From assembly GCA_024137785.1 (NCBI GenBank), contig JAHRHZ010000145.1, positions 26,563,146 to 26,627,145 on the forward strand: a stretch of DNA of 64,000 nucleotides. The letters run 5' to 3'. This stretch comes from Ginglymostoma cirratum. Its lineage: Eukaryota. The position numbers and the translations under genes were made by a program. Below the pieces are notes generated by a model, which did no database searches, had not been told where the DNA came from, and saw only the letters and a program-made list of their open reading frames with translations. Below, one piece after another: positions 37,062 to 49,030 of the stretch (position 1 is the first letter of the stretch; every line of letters begins with the position of its first letter).

Positions 37062-38175
37062 ATAATGTGCAGTTCTGACGGGGGAATTGAAGTATTCATG
37101 TTCAAAGGGTTAAAGGGATGGAATGAATTGTAATGAATTTCTTCTTTCTATTTATAACTATGGGTATTTAATACTATATCAATTTCAAAGTACTAATAAA
37201 AACAATGTCGTGCCTGGCTACATAGCTAGATAGCAACACATTATAATGAAGATAAATGTTGCTACAAAGATTGCTGCCAAGTTAATTTTGTAGTTTTGCT
37301 TTGTGTTTCTGTAAAAAGACAAACTTGCAACTGCATTTATATCATATAATGCCAACATTTATTGGATATTATAATAGTCTGTAGAATTACATTTACTATG
37401 ACAGGAATCCAAACCAAAAATTCTAGTTATTCTAAATATCTTGACAGCCAAGACTGCTAGCTGCCTTATTCAATCTCCTAGTTATGGGGTCAAGGAATTT
37501 GCATATCTTTTTACATGAGACATAAGCATTTTACGATGAAGAGAGGTGGCCACGTTCTATTAGCTAAGACCAACTAAAGAAGTGTTGCTTCACTGAACAG
37601 TGCATGCTGATAGAGATCTTATTCCCTGACCTTTATTGATGGCTGGTTGCACAGATTGTGAAAGTGCCAGATGCAGATAGTCACTCTGAGGTTCTAAATA
37701 ATTAATTATTGATCAATGGATGGAGCAGCACGTGTTCATTTTTCTTCCCCCCGAAAAATGTCTCATGTTCATAAATGTCTTTTATGTTTGCTACCGCAAG
37801 GAGCTGAGAAAGTGCACGAGATTAAGGAAGAAGTATTGCTAGTTTTCTAATCCCCAGGTAAAGCCTGGCATTGAACTGGTACATCACACCCGTGTGACGA
37901 CCTCTCTGTATTTTGGCTAGTCATAAATTTGTCTTTTTGCAGAAACACAGGGCAAAACTACAAAATTAACTTGGCAGCAATCTTTGTAGCAACATTTATC
38001 TTCATAATAATGTGTGGTAACGTACTCAGGCACAAAATTGTTTCTATTAGTAGTTTGAAACTGATATAATAGTAAGAACTTACAGTTATAAATGGAAAGA
38101 AGTAATTCATTACAATCCATTCCATCCCCTTAACCCTTTGAATACTTGAATTCGCCTGTCAGAACTATACATTAT
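37062..38175. repeat. Long inverted repeat (arms 37062-37326 and 37925-38175, ~600-bp spacer); probable non-autonomous DNA transposon
   Basis: Arms are reverse complements, e.g. atgaagataaatgttgctacaaagattgctgccaagttaattttgtagttttgc. Confidence 0.9.
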
Positions 38176-39092
38176 GAAATGAGAACAGAGAAGCGTACTC
38201 GATTACTTATTTCATTAGCAAACCAACAAATAATAAACAGCATGATCCTGCCCTATATTTTCAAGCTAGCAATAAAATTGTTGCAACAGTTGATTGATGC
38301 TTCGAAGATGTATTTAATCAGTCCTGCATAGTATGGCTCAGGTGCTTTCAGCACTCACAATATATTAGTTTTGCATGTGTTTAAACTGCTCCCAAACTTT
38401 CACAAGTCACTCAACAGAGCTGCCACTTTCAATCATTCAATGTGGGCTTCAGCAACATGTTCTTTTTCTGATTCATCCAATGCTGATCAGTCTGCAGTCC
38501 TTTCCAAACAAAAAGGAGCAGCTAATGCTATCATTTTATCATTTGCTATCCTTATTTGCATGTGTTTTCCAGTGGACAAACAAAAATACTTTGAGGTCAT
38601 TTCTTCCTCTATGCTTAAGTGGTCATTGGTTTGTTGCTTTTTTGAACATATTAGAAAGTAATGCAAACTGATAAATGTCAGATCTGTGTAACCATTCATC
38701 TTCAAAAATACTATAAGTATGGCTAGCAAAAAAAGATCAATTCACATTGCAAGGCAGATTGCTCAGGAGAATTTCTACTTTAAAATGTGTCATATTTTTG
38801 CAAGGTATTATACAGGATGGAAAAGAATTCTGCCATGCAGAAATGCTGCTTTTACAATGTGAACCAATGAGTGCTTGTTGACTACAGTAAGCTGGAATGA
38901 CCTTCAGTGATCTATATGTATAGATTATGAAATCTCATGGCTAGGGTAACAGACCGTGAACATGGTTCAATACTATTTTGGCTTTGTACTGCAAAAATAA
39001 TCATCATAACCCTTTTTCCCGTCAAGGTCAGAAACTGCCTAGAAATATTGCAGTTGTCCAATAACATTCTAACATAGCAAACTTTATTTGGA

Positions 39093-39300
39093 GGGCCTGT
39101 GTTACAGTGGGTAGCATCTCTACCTCTGAGACAGAAGTTCTGAGTTTAAGTCCAAGTCCATGGCTTGATAGTCCAGGCAGGTGCATTTCTAATGGGGCTG
39201 AGCAGATTGACTATCAAACTGCAAATCCTTCCAGGAAGCAAGGCAAGGCCCTTCTGGAACTGACCAAAAGGAGGGGTGGAAAACCCATGGATCAAAAATA
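39093..39300 (+). mobile_element. Degenerate tRNA-derived SINE
   Basis: A/B-box-like head (gttacagtgggtagcat...gagtttaagtcc); related to 50085-50175. Confidence 0.5.
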
Positions 39301-39554
39301 CTAACTACAAGTACAAAGCAACAGTTTCTGAATTTATTGGCAATGATTGGGCTTTTTCAAAGAAGAGCTAAATTTTTAGGAACTAGCCATTTGTGAAAAA
39401 ATGTTTTTTCGAGAGCAAGTAATGAATGGATGCAAAGGTGCTAATGAGGGTAAAGTGCAGAGTCAGGAAAGGACATTGCACGAATAAAAAGAGGGAATTT
39501 CAGGTCTTGATGTCAAAAGGTAATTGGGAATGCTGGTTCCAGCCAGGGGAAAGA

Positions 39555-40179
39555 CCTACGCTTGGTTCGCACTAAACAACTGCACCTCCCAGTCGCGAAC
39601 CATTTCAACTCCCCCTCCCATTCCTCAGACGACATGTCCACCCCGGGCCTCCTTCAGTGCCACAACGATGCCACCCGAAGGTTGCAGGAACAGCTACTCA
39701 TATTCCGCTTGGGAACCCTGCAGCCCAATGGTATCAATGTGGATTTCACAAGCTTCAAAATCTCCCCTCCCCCTACCGTATCCCAAAACCATCCAAGCTC
39801 ATCCCCGCCTCCCTAACCTGTCCTTCCTCTCACCTATCCCCTCCTTCCACCTCAAGCCCCACCCCATCTCCTACCTACTAACCTCATCCCGCCCCCTTGA
39901 CCTGTCCATCCTCCCTGGACTGACCTATCTCCTCCCTAGCCCCCACCTGCACTCACCTTTACTGGCTCCATCCCCGCCTCTTTAACCTGTCTGCCTCCTC
40001 TCCACCTATCCTCTCCTCTATCCATCTTCTATCCGCCTCTCCCTCTCTCCCTATTTATTTCAGAACCCCCTTCCCCTCCCCCATTTCTGAAGAAGGGTCT
40101 AGGCCCGAAACGTCAGCCTTCCTGCTCCTCTGGTGCTGCTTGGCCTGCTGTGTTCATCCAGATCTACACCTTGTTATCT
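39555..40179 (+). mobile_element. 5'-truncated PLE (family A): EN C-terminus, UTR and pLTR
   Basis: KQLHLPVANHFNSPSHS...RLQEQLLIFRLGTLQPNGINVDFTSF; nearly colinear with 34665-35550. Confidence 0.92.
40087..40114 (+). ncRNA. Minimal hammerhead ribozyme core, intact
   Basis: CTGAAGA-A-GGGT(CTAG)GCCC-GAAAC-GTC; stem I very weak (TT/AG). Confidence 0.75.
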
Positions 40180-40184
40180 AAGAA

Positions 40185-40400
40185 AAAGGTAGACTGGTTA
40201 CAATCAACATAGTTGAGAGGGCTGACCTCATGCTGCCACTATGCACAGCTAAGAGATGTAATATAAATGAACATGAGAAAAGACCAAGGGTGGAACTTTG
40301 GAATTCACCAGAGTGCTCAGGAGAGAAACTGATTTAAATAGTGTAACAATTATCATCCAACAGGAATGAGTTATGCCAGAGGAGAACAGTACTCCACAGC
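40185..40400 (-). mobile_element. Ancient L2 LINE RT remnant (probably continues at 39370-39550)
   Basis: Minus strand resembles G.PQGS.LG..LF.IY...L...I..H.V; highly decayed. Confidence 0.5.
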
Positions 40401-41789
40401 TGGACAAGCGACAGTATTTTGGGAGCATGCAGAATTGAAGGCAGTAAAACTAAATCAATCTACCCCTGTCCAAAACATATTTTTACCCTGTTACAATTTC
40501 TGAGATTCTACTCTCATTTCAATTCCTGGAAATTTTGGACTGCTGCGTCATCAGGGCTGTGCTGATTTGTTGGATCACACCATATATCTAACTTGCAGTA
40601 ACTCTGCTCTGCCATATTACAAATTTAAGGTAATTTGCTCCAAATCTCTGACCTAGACCTGCATTAGTTGCTGATACTTGTTAAACTGTATTCTCTGCTG
40701 AACACTTTTATTCAACTACCTAACCTGTTTGCACTGACTTCTATGACTTTTTTTGTCCTCTGACAGGCTCTGCAGCAATTTCTGGAGCAGTTGTGAATTC
40801 TTCTGGCTCCCATTCTGCTTTGGGTATTGCCAAATAATAGAAGCCCTCTTTGCTATTTGCTCTCACTGCTGGATCTGCTCTGTCAACCTCTTCAGAACTT
40901 CTCCTTCACAATTTATTTAATGGGGTTGAACATCCACTTAAGCTTTTAACCTTCTTTATTTCTCACTGTCGTTCAAATCCTGCACAGGTCATCTTTTTCA
41001 TCTGCACTGATCCCTTGGATTTACAATATGCCTCCTCCTAGCTCTCTGCCATTTACAACTCCTGGTTTCCAAGTTCCATTTCCATTCCATTCCAGTGCTT
41101 ATTGTCTCCCTTTCACTTGTCTACTCAATCTGTTACCATGTAGGCTAATGGCTGAGGCCATCATACGACTCTCTTGGCTTGGCATTGACATCTCCAAACT
41201 GCCGTTTAAATTTCCACTCCTCTTTAATTCCCTCAACAACTGAACAATCCATTGATGCTCTACTCTTCTGTCCACTTCCAGATCCACTATGTCATCATTA
41301 TAGTATATATATATTTGTTGTTCAATGTTCTAAATTGACTCCAAACTGTCTATAGCAGACTTCATCCCACTCGTCCTCGATTTTAATTTTGGATTGTGTG
41401 ATTTATCCTCACCACCGTTCATCTTGGTGAAGGATACATCTGGTCGATTTGCTGCCACTGTCCTTTCTTCTGATAGGATCTACGTGGATCTACCTGCTTG
41501 ATCTAGTATGGTAGTGAAAAACCAATTGTTAGTCCAATGAGAAGAGATTAGTGCCTTAAACAAGCTGTAATTTATAACATTATGGTAGCAAGGTTACTTG
41601 AAATGATAGCCATTGCTACTCAGACTGATTGATGCTTCAAAATTAGATCTTGCTCCTTCTCCCAACTGTTCCCAACTAGGGCTGTTCTCCAGCCGAGTCA
41701 ATATGACATCATCATATTTGATGGCTCTTAAGGCATTCCTCAGCATTACCCCTTTCAGACTCTTACAACCTTCTTTCAATCTAGTTTAA

Positions 41790-42476
41790 CATGTTTCCTG
41801 CTCACAATGCAATCTCACTTATATTGGTGGGATCAAACACAGGCAAGTATGACTATTTTACGAAACACCTCTGCTCTGCCCAAAAGAATGACCCCCTACC
41901 TCCCAGTTGCTTGCCGTTTCAACAAATCATCTTGCTCCCATATTAACATTTCTGTGCTGGGTCTGCTACAATTTTCCAATGAAGCTCGGTGCATGTTTGA
42001 GGAACAATGTCTTATTTTCTGCTTAGCCATTTTACAGCCTTGAATTTCAACTCCAAAGTATGATCTCTATCCTCCATTTTAATTACATGCCCTCCCACAC
42101 CTCCCCAATCCCACCTCCAAAGGTCATGACTTGTTTGTGTCTTGTTAACTTTGCTATCACAAGGGATTCATTTTGCATTTTCACACATATCATTTACACC
42201 TAGTTTGCACCTCTGTTCCTCCCTTACTGACATTAGCACACAATTTGTCTTTTACATTGGGCACACTAATCATCTGCACCATTCGCTCCTCCACACCTTC
42301 TGTCAACAGCATAGAAAATAATACTTTCCAACCCGTTTCAGTTCAGAAGAAGGGTCATATCAGACTTAATATGTGAAGTCTGTTTCTCTTGCCATAGGTG
42401 CTTTGAAACCTGCTGAGTTTCTCCAGCACTTTCAGTTTTTAATTCAGACTTCCAAGTCTGCAGTAATTTGCTTTTG
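41790..42476 (+). mobile_element. Old PLE 3' end (GIY-YIG remnant + UTR + decayed pLTR)
   Basis: CSQCNLTYIGG.K.R, LPVACRFN...H.NISVLGL...EEQCLIFCL..LQP; pLTR-like 42340-42476. Confidence 0.8.
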
Positions 42477-43109
42477 TGCATGGATTATTTCACTTTGTCT
42501 TCCCCTTTTTTCCTTGCTGTATCTGTAGCACACAACATATGTTTTAGTTGTACTTCTGTGAACGCTCTGTTATTTCTGGACCCGATACCATTGCTACTAT
42601 CTTTTATTTTTAAAGCCAGATTTTCTCTTTTACTTTCTCTCCACTCTTTTCCTTCACCCAGCCACATAACCTTTCATTTCATTCTTGTCTACTCATTTAT
42701 TTCATCCCTGATTGCCATCTCTACCTATCATTATTCCTGTTGTCTTTCTTTGCCACTGCCTTCCATGTCTGCATCACATTAATAAATCTGTGGTAACCCC
42801 TTCTGTGACTTTGTTGACATTGTCCAAAGTCATTGAACCTCTCCATGAAACATTCACCAGCCTGTTCTTCCCTCTCACCTGTCTTGCACTCAGCATATCC
42901 ACTCTATGCTAACCTCATCAATCTACCTGTTTCGTGCATTGCCCTGAATTCTCCCATTGAATTGACAATCACCACTAAATCTATACATTTCACTCCTGAC
43001 TACTAATTTGTTCCCAAGCTATCCATCTGACCAAAACCATATTATGAATGATCTTATGAGCAACTTGAATTTGCTTGAAATTCATTTAAAATGGGGAAAT
43101 ACCATAGTG

Positions 43110-43470
43110 GTATCCTTGATTCTGTGGTATAAATTGAGACTTTTAGCCATTCATGACTTCCAGCCCCATTCTAGAGAGCTTAGTAATTGTTCTATGCTGA
43201 TACCTCAATGCAGAACTGAATGTTACAATGCTGCCTTATGGATGAATGTTAAAACTAATGGCCAAAAGGCTTCTCAGATGGATATAGAAGATATTTGAGC
43301 ACTTAGAAGGAAGACCAAAGACACTGCTGTGAGGCCAACATCCATTCCTCTGTCAACACCATCGTTAAAAAAAAATCTAGTACTAACTGACTGTAATATT
43401 TCCTCCAACAAAACACTGACTATATTTCAAAAGTGTGCCAATTGTTCTGAAACATTTTTTCAAGGTTCCA
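43110..43470 (+). mobile_element. Degenerate SacSINE/Deu-SINE
   Basis: ggatgaatgttaaaac..ggcc...ctcagatggatatagaagat...ggccaacatccattcctc...cactgactatatttcaaaagt. Confidence 0.55.
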
Positions 43471-43684
43471 GTATTTGGTTTGAAAATTAGGTGCAATAGC
43501 AGCACTAATCAAAAAAAAAAATCAGCAGACGTAACATTTTCAATGCCTCTGGCACATGTTGCCTGGTTCGTCATTTTGGGAAGCATTCTGGTCAGAACAT
43601 GTATGAGCACTGGAAAGTTACAGCACAGGCAGACTGTTACATCAGACAGTCAATTTGGCTCAGTTAATGTGTGATTTTGAAACC

Positions 43685-44060
43685 TAGACATCACTGTCCA
43701 AAGCTGTCAATAATACCTTCATTGTCTTTGGCTATGCTACACTATCCTCCTTCTCTTTAACATAACATTCAAGACAGTTGACCACATAAGCTTCATCAAG
43801 AGAATCTCCTTCAAAGCATGGTTTTGGGTTTAGGCCCGAAACATCAAGCTTTCCTGCTCCTCTGATGCTGCTTGGCCTGCTGTGTCTATCCAGCTCTACA
43901 CCTTGTTATCTCTTCAGTCTTCCCTATTTGTTTGCATCCAGGTTATGCCTAGCAATATTTTCTGTTGTGATCTCACCTTAGAGTCATCTAAGAATGCATC
44001 CTTGCCCCTTCCCTTTCCCCTTTGGCAGCTGCACATTGAGGACATCATCTCTGGTCCCAT
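43685..44060 (+). mobile_element. Ancient L2 RT remnant, interrupted by a family A pLTR fragment (43825-43912)
   Basis: TILLL...FKTVDH-like motif; pLTR gggtttaggcccgaaacatcaagc...ttgttatctc. Confidence 0.6.
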
Positions 44061-44570
44061 CATAAAAACATAAGAATTAGGACAGGAATACGCCATCCAG
44101 CTCCTCAAACCTACCCCACAATTCTATAACAGCGGCATGACTGATCTGCCCCGTGCCTCAACTCCTCTTTTGTGCCAGTTCCTCATAACTTTCAACTCCT
44201 GATATTTTAAAAATCAACGTACGTCCTCTTTAAATACTTACAGTAATCTATCCTGCACAACTTTCTGCGGTAGACAAGTTCAGTCTACCCTCTGAGAGAA
44301 GAAATTCTTCACATCTGTTTTCAATGAGTGCCCCCTTATTGTGTAACCATGTACCCTAGTTCAAGACTCTCTCAGTAGTGGAAATATCTTCTCAACATTT
44401 ATTATATCGTCCTCCGCAGAATCTTATATTTTTTATCAACATTACCCCTCATTCTTCTAAACTCTGATGATTAAAGGCTTAATCTGTTCTTGATAAGTCA
44501 GTCCCTGCATTCCAGAATCAGCCTATAAATCTGTCTTGAACTGCCTGCAAAGACAGTGTATCTCTTCTTT

Positions 44571-44914
44571 CATGGTTGCTCAGTGGTTAGCACTGCTGCC
44601 TTACAGTGCCAGGGACTCGCTTTTGATTCCAATCTCGGGCAACTGTGTGGAGCTTGCTCATTCTCCTCATGTCTGTGTGGGTTTCCGTCAGGTGCTCCAG
44701 TTTCCTCCCACAATCCAAAGACGTGCAAGTTAGGTGGATTGGCCGTGATAAATTGTCCATAGTGTTCAGGGATGTGTAAGATAGGTGCATTAGCCACGGA
44801 AATGCAGGGTTTCAGGGATAGGGTAGGGGAATGGGTCTGGATGGAATGTCCTTTGGACGGCCAGTTTGGACATGTTGGGTTGAATAGCCTGTTTCCACAC
44901 TGCGGGGATTCTAT
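44571..44914 (+). mobile_element. HE1-type V-SINE (first of head-to-tail pair)
   Basis: ctcagtggttagcactgctgcc...tttcctcccacaatccaaagacgtgc...gattctat. Confidence 0.9.
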
Positions 44915-44923
44915 AAAAAAATT

Positions 44924-45223
44924 GGGTGGCACAGTGGCTCAGTGGTCAGCACTGCTGTCTCACAGCACTAGGGACCTGGGTTCGATTCCAGCCTCGGGTG
45001 ACTGTCTGTGTGGAGTTTGATTGTTCTCCCTGTGTTTGCATGGATTTCTTCTGGGTGCTCCAATTTCCTCCCACAGTCCAAAGATGTGCATGTTATGTGG
45101 ATTGGCCATGCTAAATTGCCCATAGTGTCTGTAGGGAGTGGGTCTGGGTGGGGTGCATTTTGGAGGGTCAGTATGGACTTGATAAGCCTAATGGCTTGTT
45201 TCCACACTGTATGGATTCTATGA
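44924..45223 (+). mobile_element. HE1-type V-SINE (second of pair, internal deletion)
   Basis: A box TGGCTCAGTGG, B box GGTTCGATTCC, tail gattctatga. Confidence 0.92.
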
Positions 45224-47466
45224 CATGGGAACCAAACTATACACTGTAGATATGGCCTCACCAACACACTGTACAACTGTAACAAGAATTCTCTATTTTT
45301 AAACTTCAACCCCACAGAAATAAAGGCCAAAATTCCATTTGCCTTCTGAATTATTTGCTACAATTGCATGCTAACTTTTGTGTTTCATGCGCAAGAATGC
45401 CCAGATCCCATTATCATGCACTTTAATGGAAAAGGACTCCAATAAAACATTAGTCTACCTTCACATTCTTCCTACCAACCTCACACTTTCCTATATTAAA
45501 TTCCATCTGCCAAGTTTATGCCACTTACTCAACCTATCTACATCCCCTTGCAGATTCCTTATGACCTTATCATAATATGCCTTCCCACCAATTTTTGTAT
45601 CATCAGCAAAGTTGAATATATTACACTTTTCCCACTCACCCATGCCATTAATATATTATAAGTAATTAAGGTCTTATGACTGATTCTTGTGGTATTCCAC
45701 TAATGAAAAGAACCCATGAAAAAGCCCATTAATTCTGACTTGCTGTTTACTGTATGTTAATCAATCAATAATCAATGTTAATACATTACCCCAATGCTGT
45801 AAGCTCTTATCTTTTGCAATGAACTTTTATTTGGTACTTTATTGAATTCCTACTGGACGTTCAAATATACTATATCTATTGGTTCCCCTTTATCAACACT
45901 GCTTGCTTTATCCTCAAAAAAGTGAAGGAAATTTGTCAAACACAGTTTCCCTTTCACAAAATCATGTTGATTCAGTTTGATTGTGTTAAGCTTTCTTTAA
46001 GTGTCCTGCTACTTCTTCCTTAATAATGTATTACAGCATGTACCCAGCAACAGATGCCAGACTAACTGGCCTATCGTTTCTTTCTCTCTGTCTGTCTCCC
46101 TCTTGAACAGAGGCATCATATTTGTGGTTTACCAATCCCTGGAGCTTCCTGGAATTCAGTGAGTGCTGGAATAGTTCCACTATCTCTACATCCACTTTTT
46201 AAAAAACCCTTGGATAGTAGTTATCAGATCCTGACAACTTGTTTGCCTTTAGTCTCATTAGCTTGTCAAATACTTTATATCTTGTGATAGAGACCCTTTG
46301 TTACAAGACTTTTCCACCCATTAGCACCTTGCTTAACTGATATATTTGGGATGTTTATAATGTCCTCTACAATGAAGACCAATGCAAAATATTGGCTTAA
46401 AGTATCTGCCATTTCCCTATTCCCCCGAATATCAATTCCCCAGTTGCATCCTTCAAGGACCATTTTAGCTATTTCTTCTTTTTGTATTCCCAAAGAAGCT
46501 CTTGCTTTGATATATATTACATTATATTATATATATTTCTCTCTTTTCATTAACTATTTTCGTCATTTGCTAATCCTGAACAAAATACAATTCCAATCTT
46601 ACCATTAGTTTTTGCTGCTTTGTATGGCACAATTTTCTATTGGATACTCTCCATTACCACCTTTGTTAACCATGGGCGGTTCATCCTTTTCACTTATTGC
46701 TTCTTTTTAACTGGAATACAACCTATGCTCAGCATTAAGAAATATCTGCTTAAATGTCTGCCACTGTTCATTTACCGTACCTGCCCATAATCTTTTTGCA
46801 GTCCACTTGAGACAATTCTTTCTTCAAGCCTCAGCAACTGCCCTTATTCAAGTTGACGACATTGATTTGAAACCTAAGTTGCTCTCCCTCAAAGTGAATT
46901 TGAAATTCTATTATGTTGTGATCTCCTATAAATTGTACCTCATTACACATTATTAGATCAAAAATAGCCTGTTCCCAGTTAGGTTGTGTAACATGCAGCT
47001 TTAAGAACAAATCCTGATGCACTCAACAAGTTAGTCTTCCAGGTTACCCTTGCCCATGTGATTTTTCCAACCAATATGCAGATTAAAATTATCCATGATA
47101 TTAGTATAGCCTTTCTCATATGTCTATATTATTCCCTAATTCATATGTCGCCCTGAAGTGAGGCAACTTTTCAGATGCCTCTGGATGACTCCCACCCATT
47201 ACTTCATTCCTTCTTTTTCCTTGTTCCCATCAAAACTGATTCCACATCACAATCTTTTGCACCTATAACATTATTCACTACTTCATTGAATACTCCGTTA
47301 TTAACAATATGACAATCAAAGTGGCTACTGTTATGAAAGTACAGGAAAGCAGTCTTTGTCTAGTAGATGTAAGGCTATTGCTCCCATTGTGGTCGAGGGC
47401 ACAGGGGAGATTAACAAATTGACCAAAGCCCGTAGTACGGGGTATCATTCAAATTTGGGGAGAAAA

Positions 47467-48431
47467 GAAACAAAAACAAAGTTGCTGGAAACTCTCAGCA
47501 GGTCTGGCAGCATCTGTGAAGGAAAAAACAGAGTTAACGTTTCAGGTCCGGTGACCCTTCCTCAGAACTGAGGCAGGCATGCCCACCTTGAAGACGTTCT
47601 GCTCCTCTCTCTGACGGGATTTCCGTTCCAATCTTTATTCTTGCCCACCAACATTAATTTCACTGTCACTCCTGGTGTTTAACCTAGTATTTGCTAAAAC
47701 TCATTTCCACAGCCATATCACATTCCTCAGTGACTGCCTCCCGCTCAGACTCACCCCATGTGGATTCCAACTGAAGTTTCATTCCTCATGTTTTGAATCA
47801 TCCCAGGATCACAGATACGTCCGTGATGTTCAACGTTCCACTGACAGCTGCTCTCGCTGCATCCTGAGATCTACACTTAGTGCCATGCGACGCCACATGC
47901 TCACTCAACCTTTTTCATCAACAGCACCGCAACACACTGGCTCAGGATTGCACCACTCCTCAGTTCCACTTCATCCTCTGGCTCATTTGTCGTGCTAAAA
48001 AGAAACATTTTCTTCTCCTTTCAGGCATCAAGGCCCACAAGATGTAACAACTCGGAGATACCCATGGCCCTCTGGAACCTTCCTCTCCTCCCCTTCCCTC
48101 TGACTCCATCCCCTCCCCCAACACCTCTACCTCCTGTTGGGTATTCACCATCTCTCCTAACCTTCCGCTTTCCAGTGCTGAATGTTCCATACTCAGCAAA
48201 GGCCTCAGCTTTATTCCTCTGCGTCCCCACCTTAACGAATTTCGGGCACGATATGACGCCGAGCTCTTCTTCCGCCATCTTCGCTTCCGTGCTCATGTTC
48301 TGATGAAGGGTCACCAGACCTGAAACATTAACTCTGTTTTTTCCTTCATAGATGCTGTTAGACCTGCTGAGCTTTTCCAGCAACTTTATTTTTGCTCCTG
48401 ATTTACAGCATCTGCAGTTCTTTCAGTTTTT
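47467..48431 (+). mobile_element. Fold-back PLE (family C) retaining only the ORF N-terminus
   Basis: Inverted pLTR 47467-47570; SHITFLSDCL...PCGFQLKF and ILSKGLSFIP...ELFFRHLR (PLE N-terminal motifs); direct pLTR plus tail 48297-48431; imperfect TSD ATTTGGGGAGAAAA/ATTTGGGAGGAAAA. Confidence 0.88.
47532..47569 (-). ncRNA. Minimal hammerhead ribozyme (family C)
   Basis: Minus: AGTT-CTGAGGA-A-GGGTC(ACCG)GACCT-GAAAC-GTT-AACT; 4-bp stem I, GUU site. Partner at 48300-48329 has GAAACATT (damaged). Confidence 0.75.
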
Positions 48432-48445
48432 ATTTGGGAGGAAAA

Positions 48446-48560
48446 AAGAACTGTAGTGGTAATAGGGGATAACATATTTAGACAATACATACTATTCACT
48501 ACAGCAAAAACAGAGAGTTCTGAAGGTTGTATTGTCTATCTGGTGCCAAGATTAACAACA
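48446..48560 (+). mobile_element. CR1 ORF1 esterase-like remnant (left part probably 47350-47466)
   Basis: VVVIGDNI ... CLSGAKI resembles CR1 ORF1 VVIGDSI...CLPGARV. Confidence 0.6.
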
Positions 48561-48579
48561 TCACTTCTGAGCCCACTAA

Positions 48580-49030
48580 CAAAACATTCGTGCCTTTGTG
48601 AGCTCCAGACTCTTACAGTATTGCTCCTTTTGTCAACCTTGCATTATTTACATCTCAGTGCCAATATTGTGTTCAACAAGATCCACTCATCCACTCATCT
48701 TATCTTGCATGGGCTTGTGGTCTTTCAAGTTTGGAAATCTTCTTTCTAGAGTTTAAATCTTGCTCTGATCTTACATCTTACTCCTTTTTATCTTTGTAGC
48801 TAGCACTCCTGTAACCTCCCAATTTCTCTGACTGTTGCCTTCTGCAAATTTCCTTCCTTGCCCCTCCTCACTTTTAGAAGATTTGCTTTCAGCAAGTTGG
48901 CAACATGCTCTTTGTCACCTGTCCTAATCTGCTTCTCATGTTCGATGTCATTTTTCCCATGCTCTTGGACTTTTATAATGCCTTAGATTGATTTTTGTTG
49001 TCAAATGTGCTAAATAAATGCAAATTGTTC
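48580..49030 (+). mobile_element. Ancient L2 3' end
   Basis: IRAFVSSRL motif; tail gtgctaaataaatgcaaattgtt. Confidence 0.65.

Larger units (their letters stand above)
44068..47310 (-). mobile_element. CR1 LINE ORF2 (EN-RT-3' UTR), decayed, interrupted by a SINE dimer
   Basis: 3' end cataagaattaggacaggaat; MAFIS.GL.FKNRE.LLQLY..LVRP; EMADTLSQYFALVF..ED; QLHVTQP..EQAIFDLIMCNE. Confidence 0.88.
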
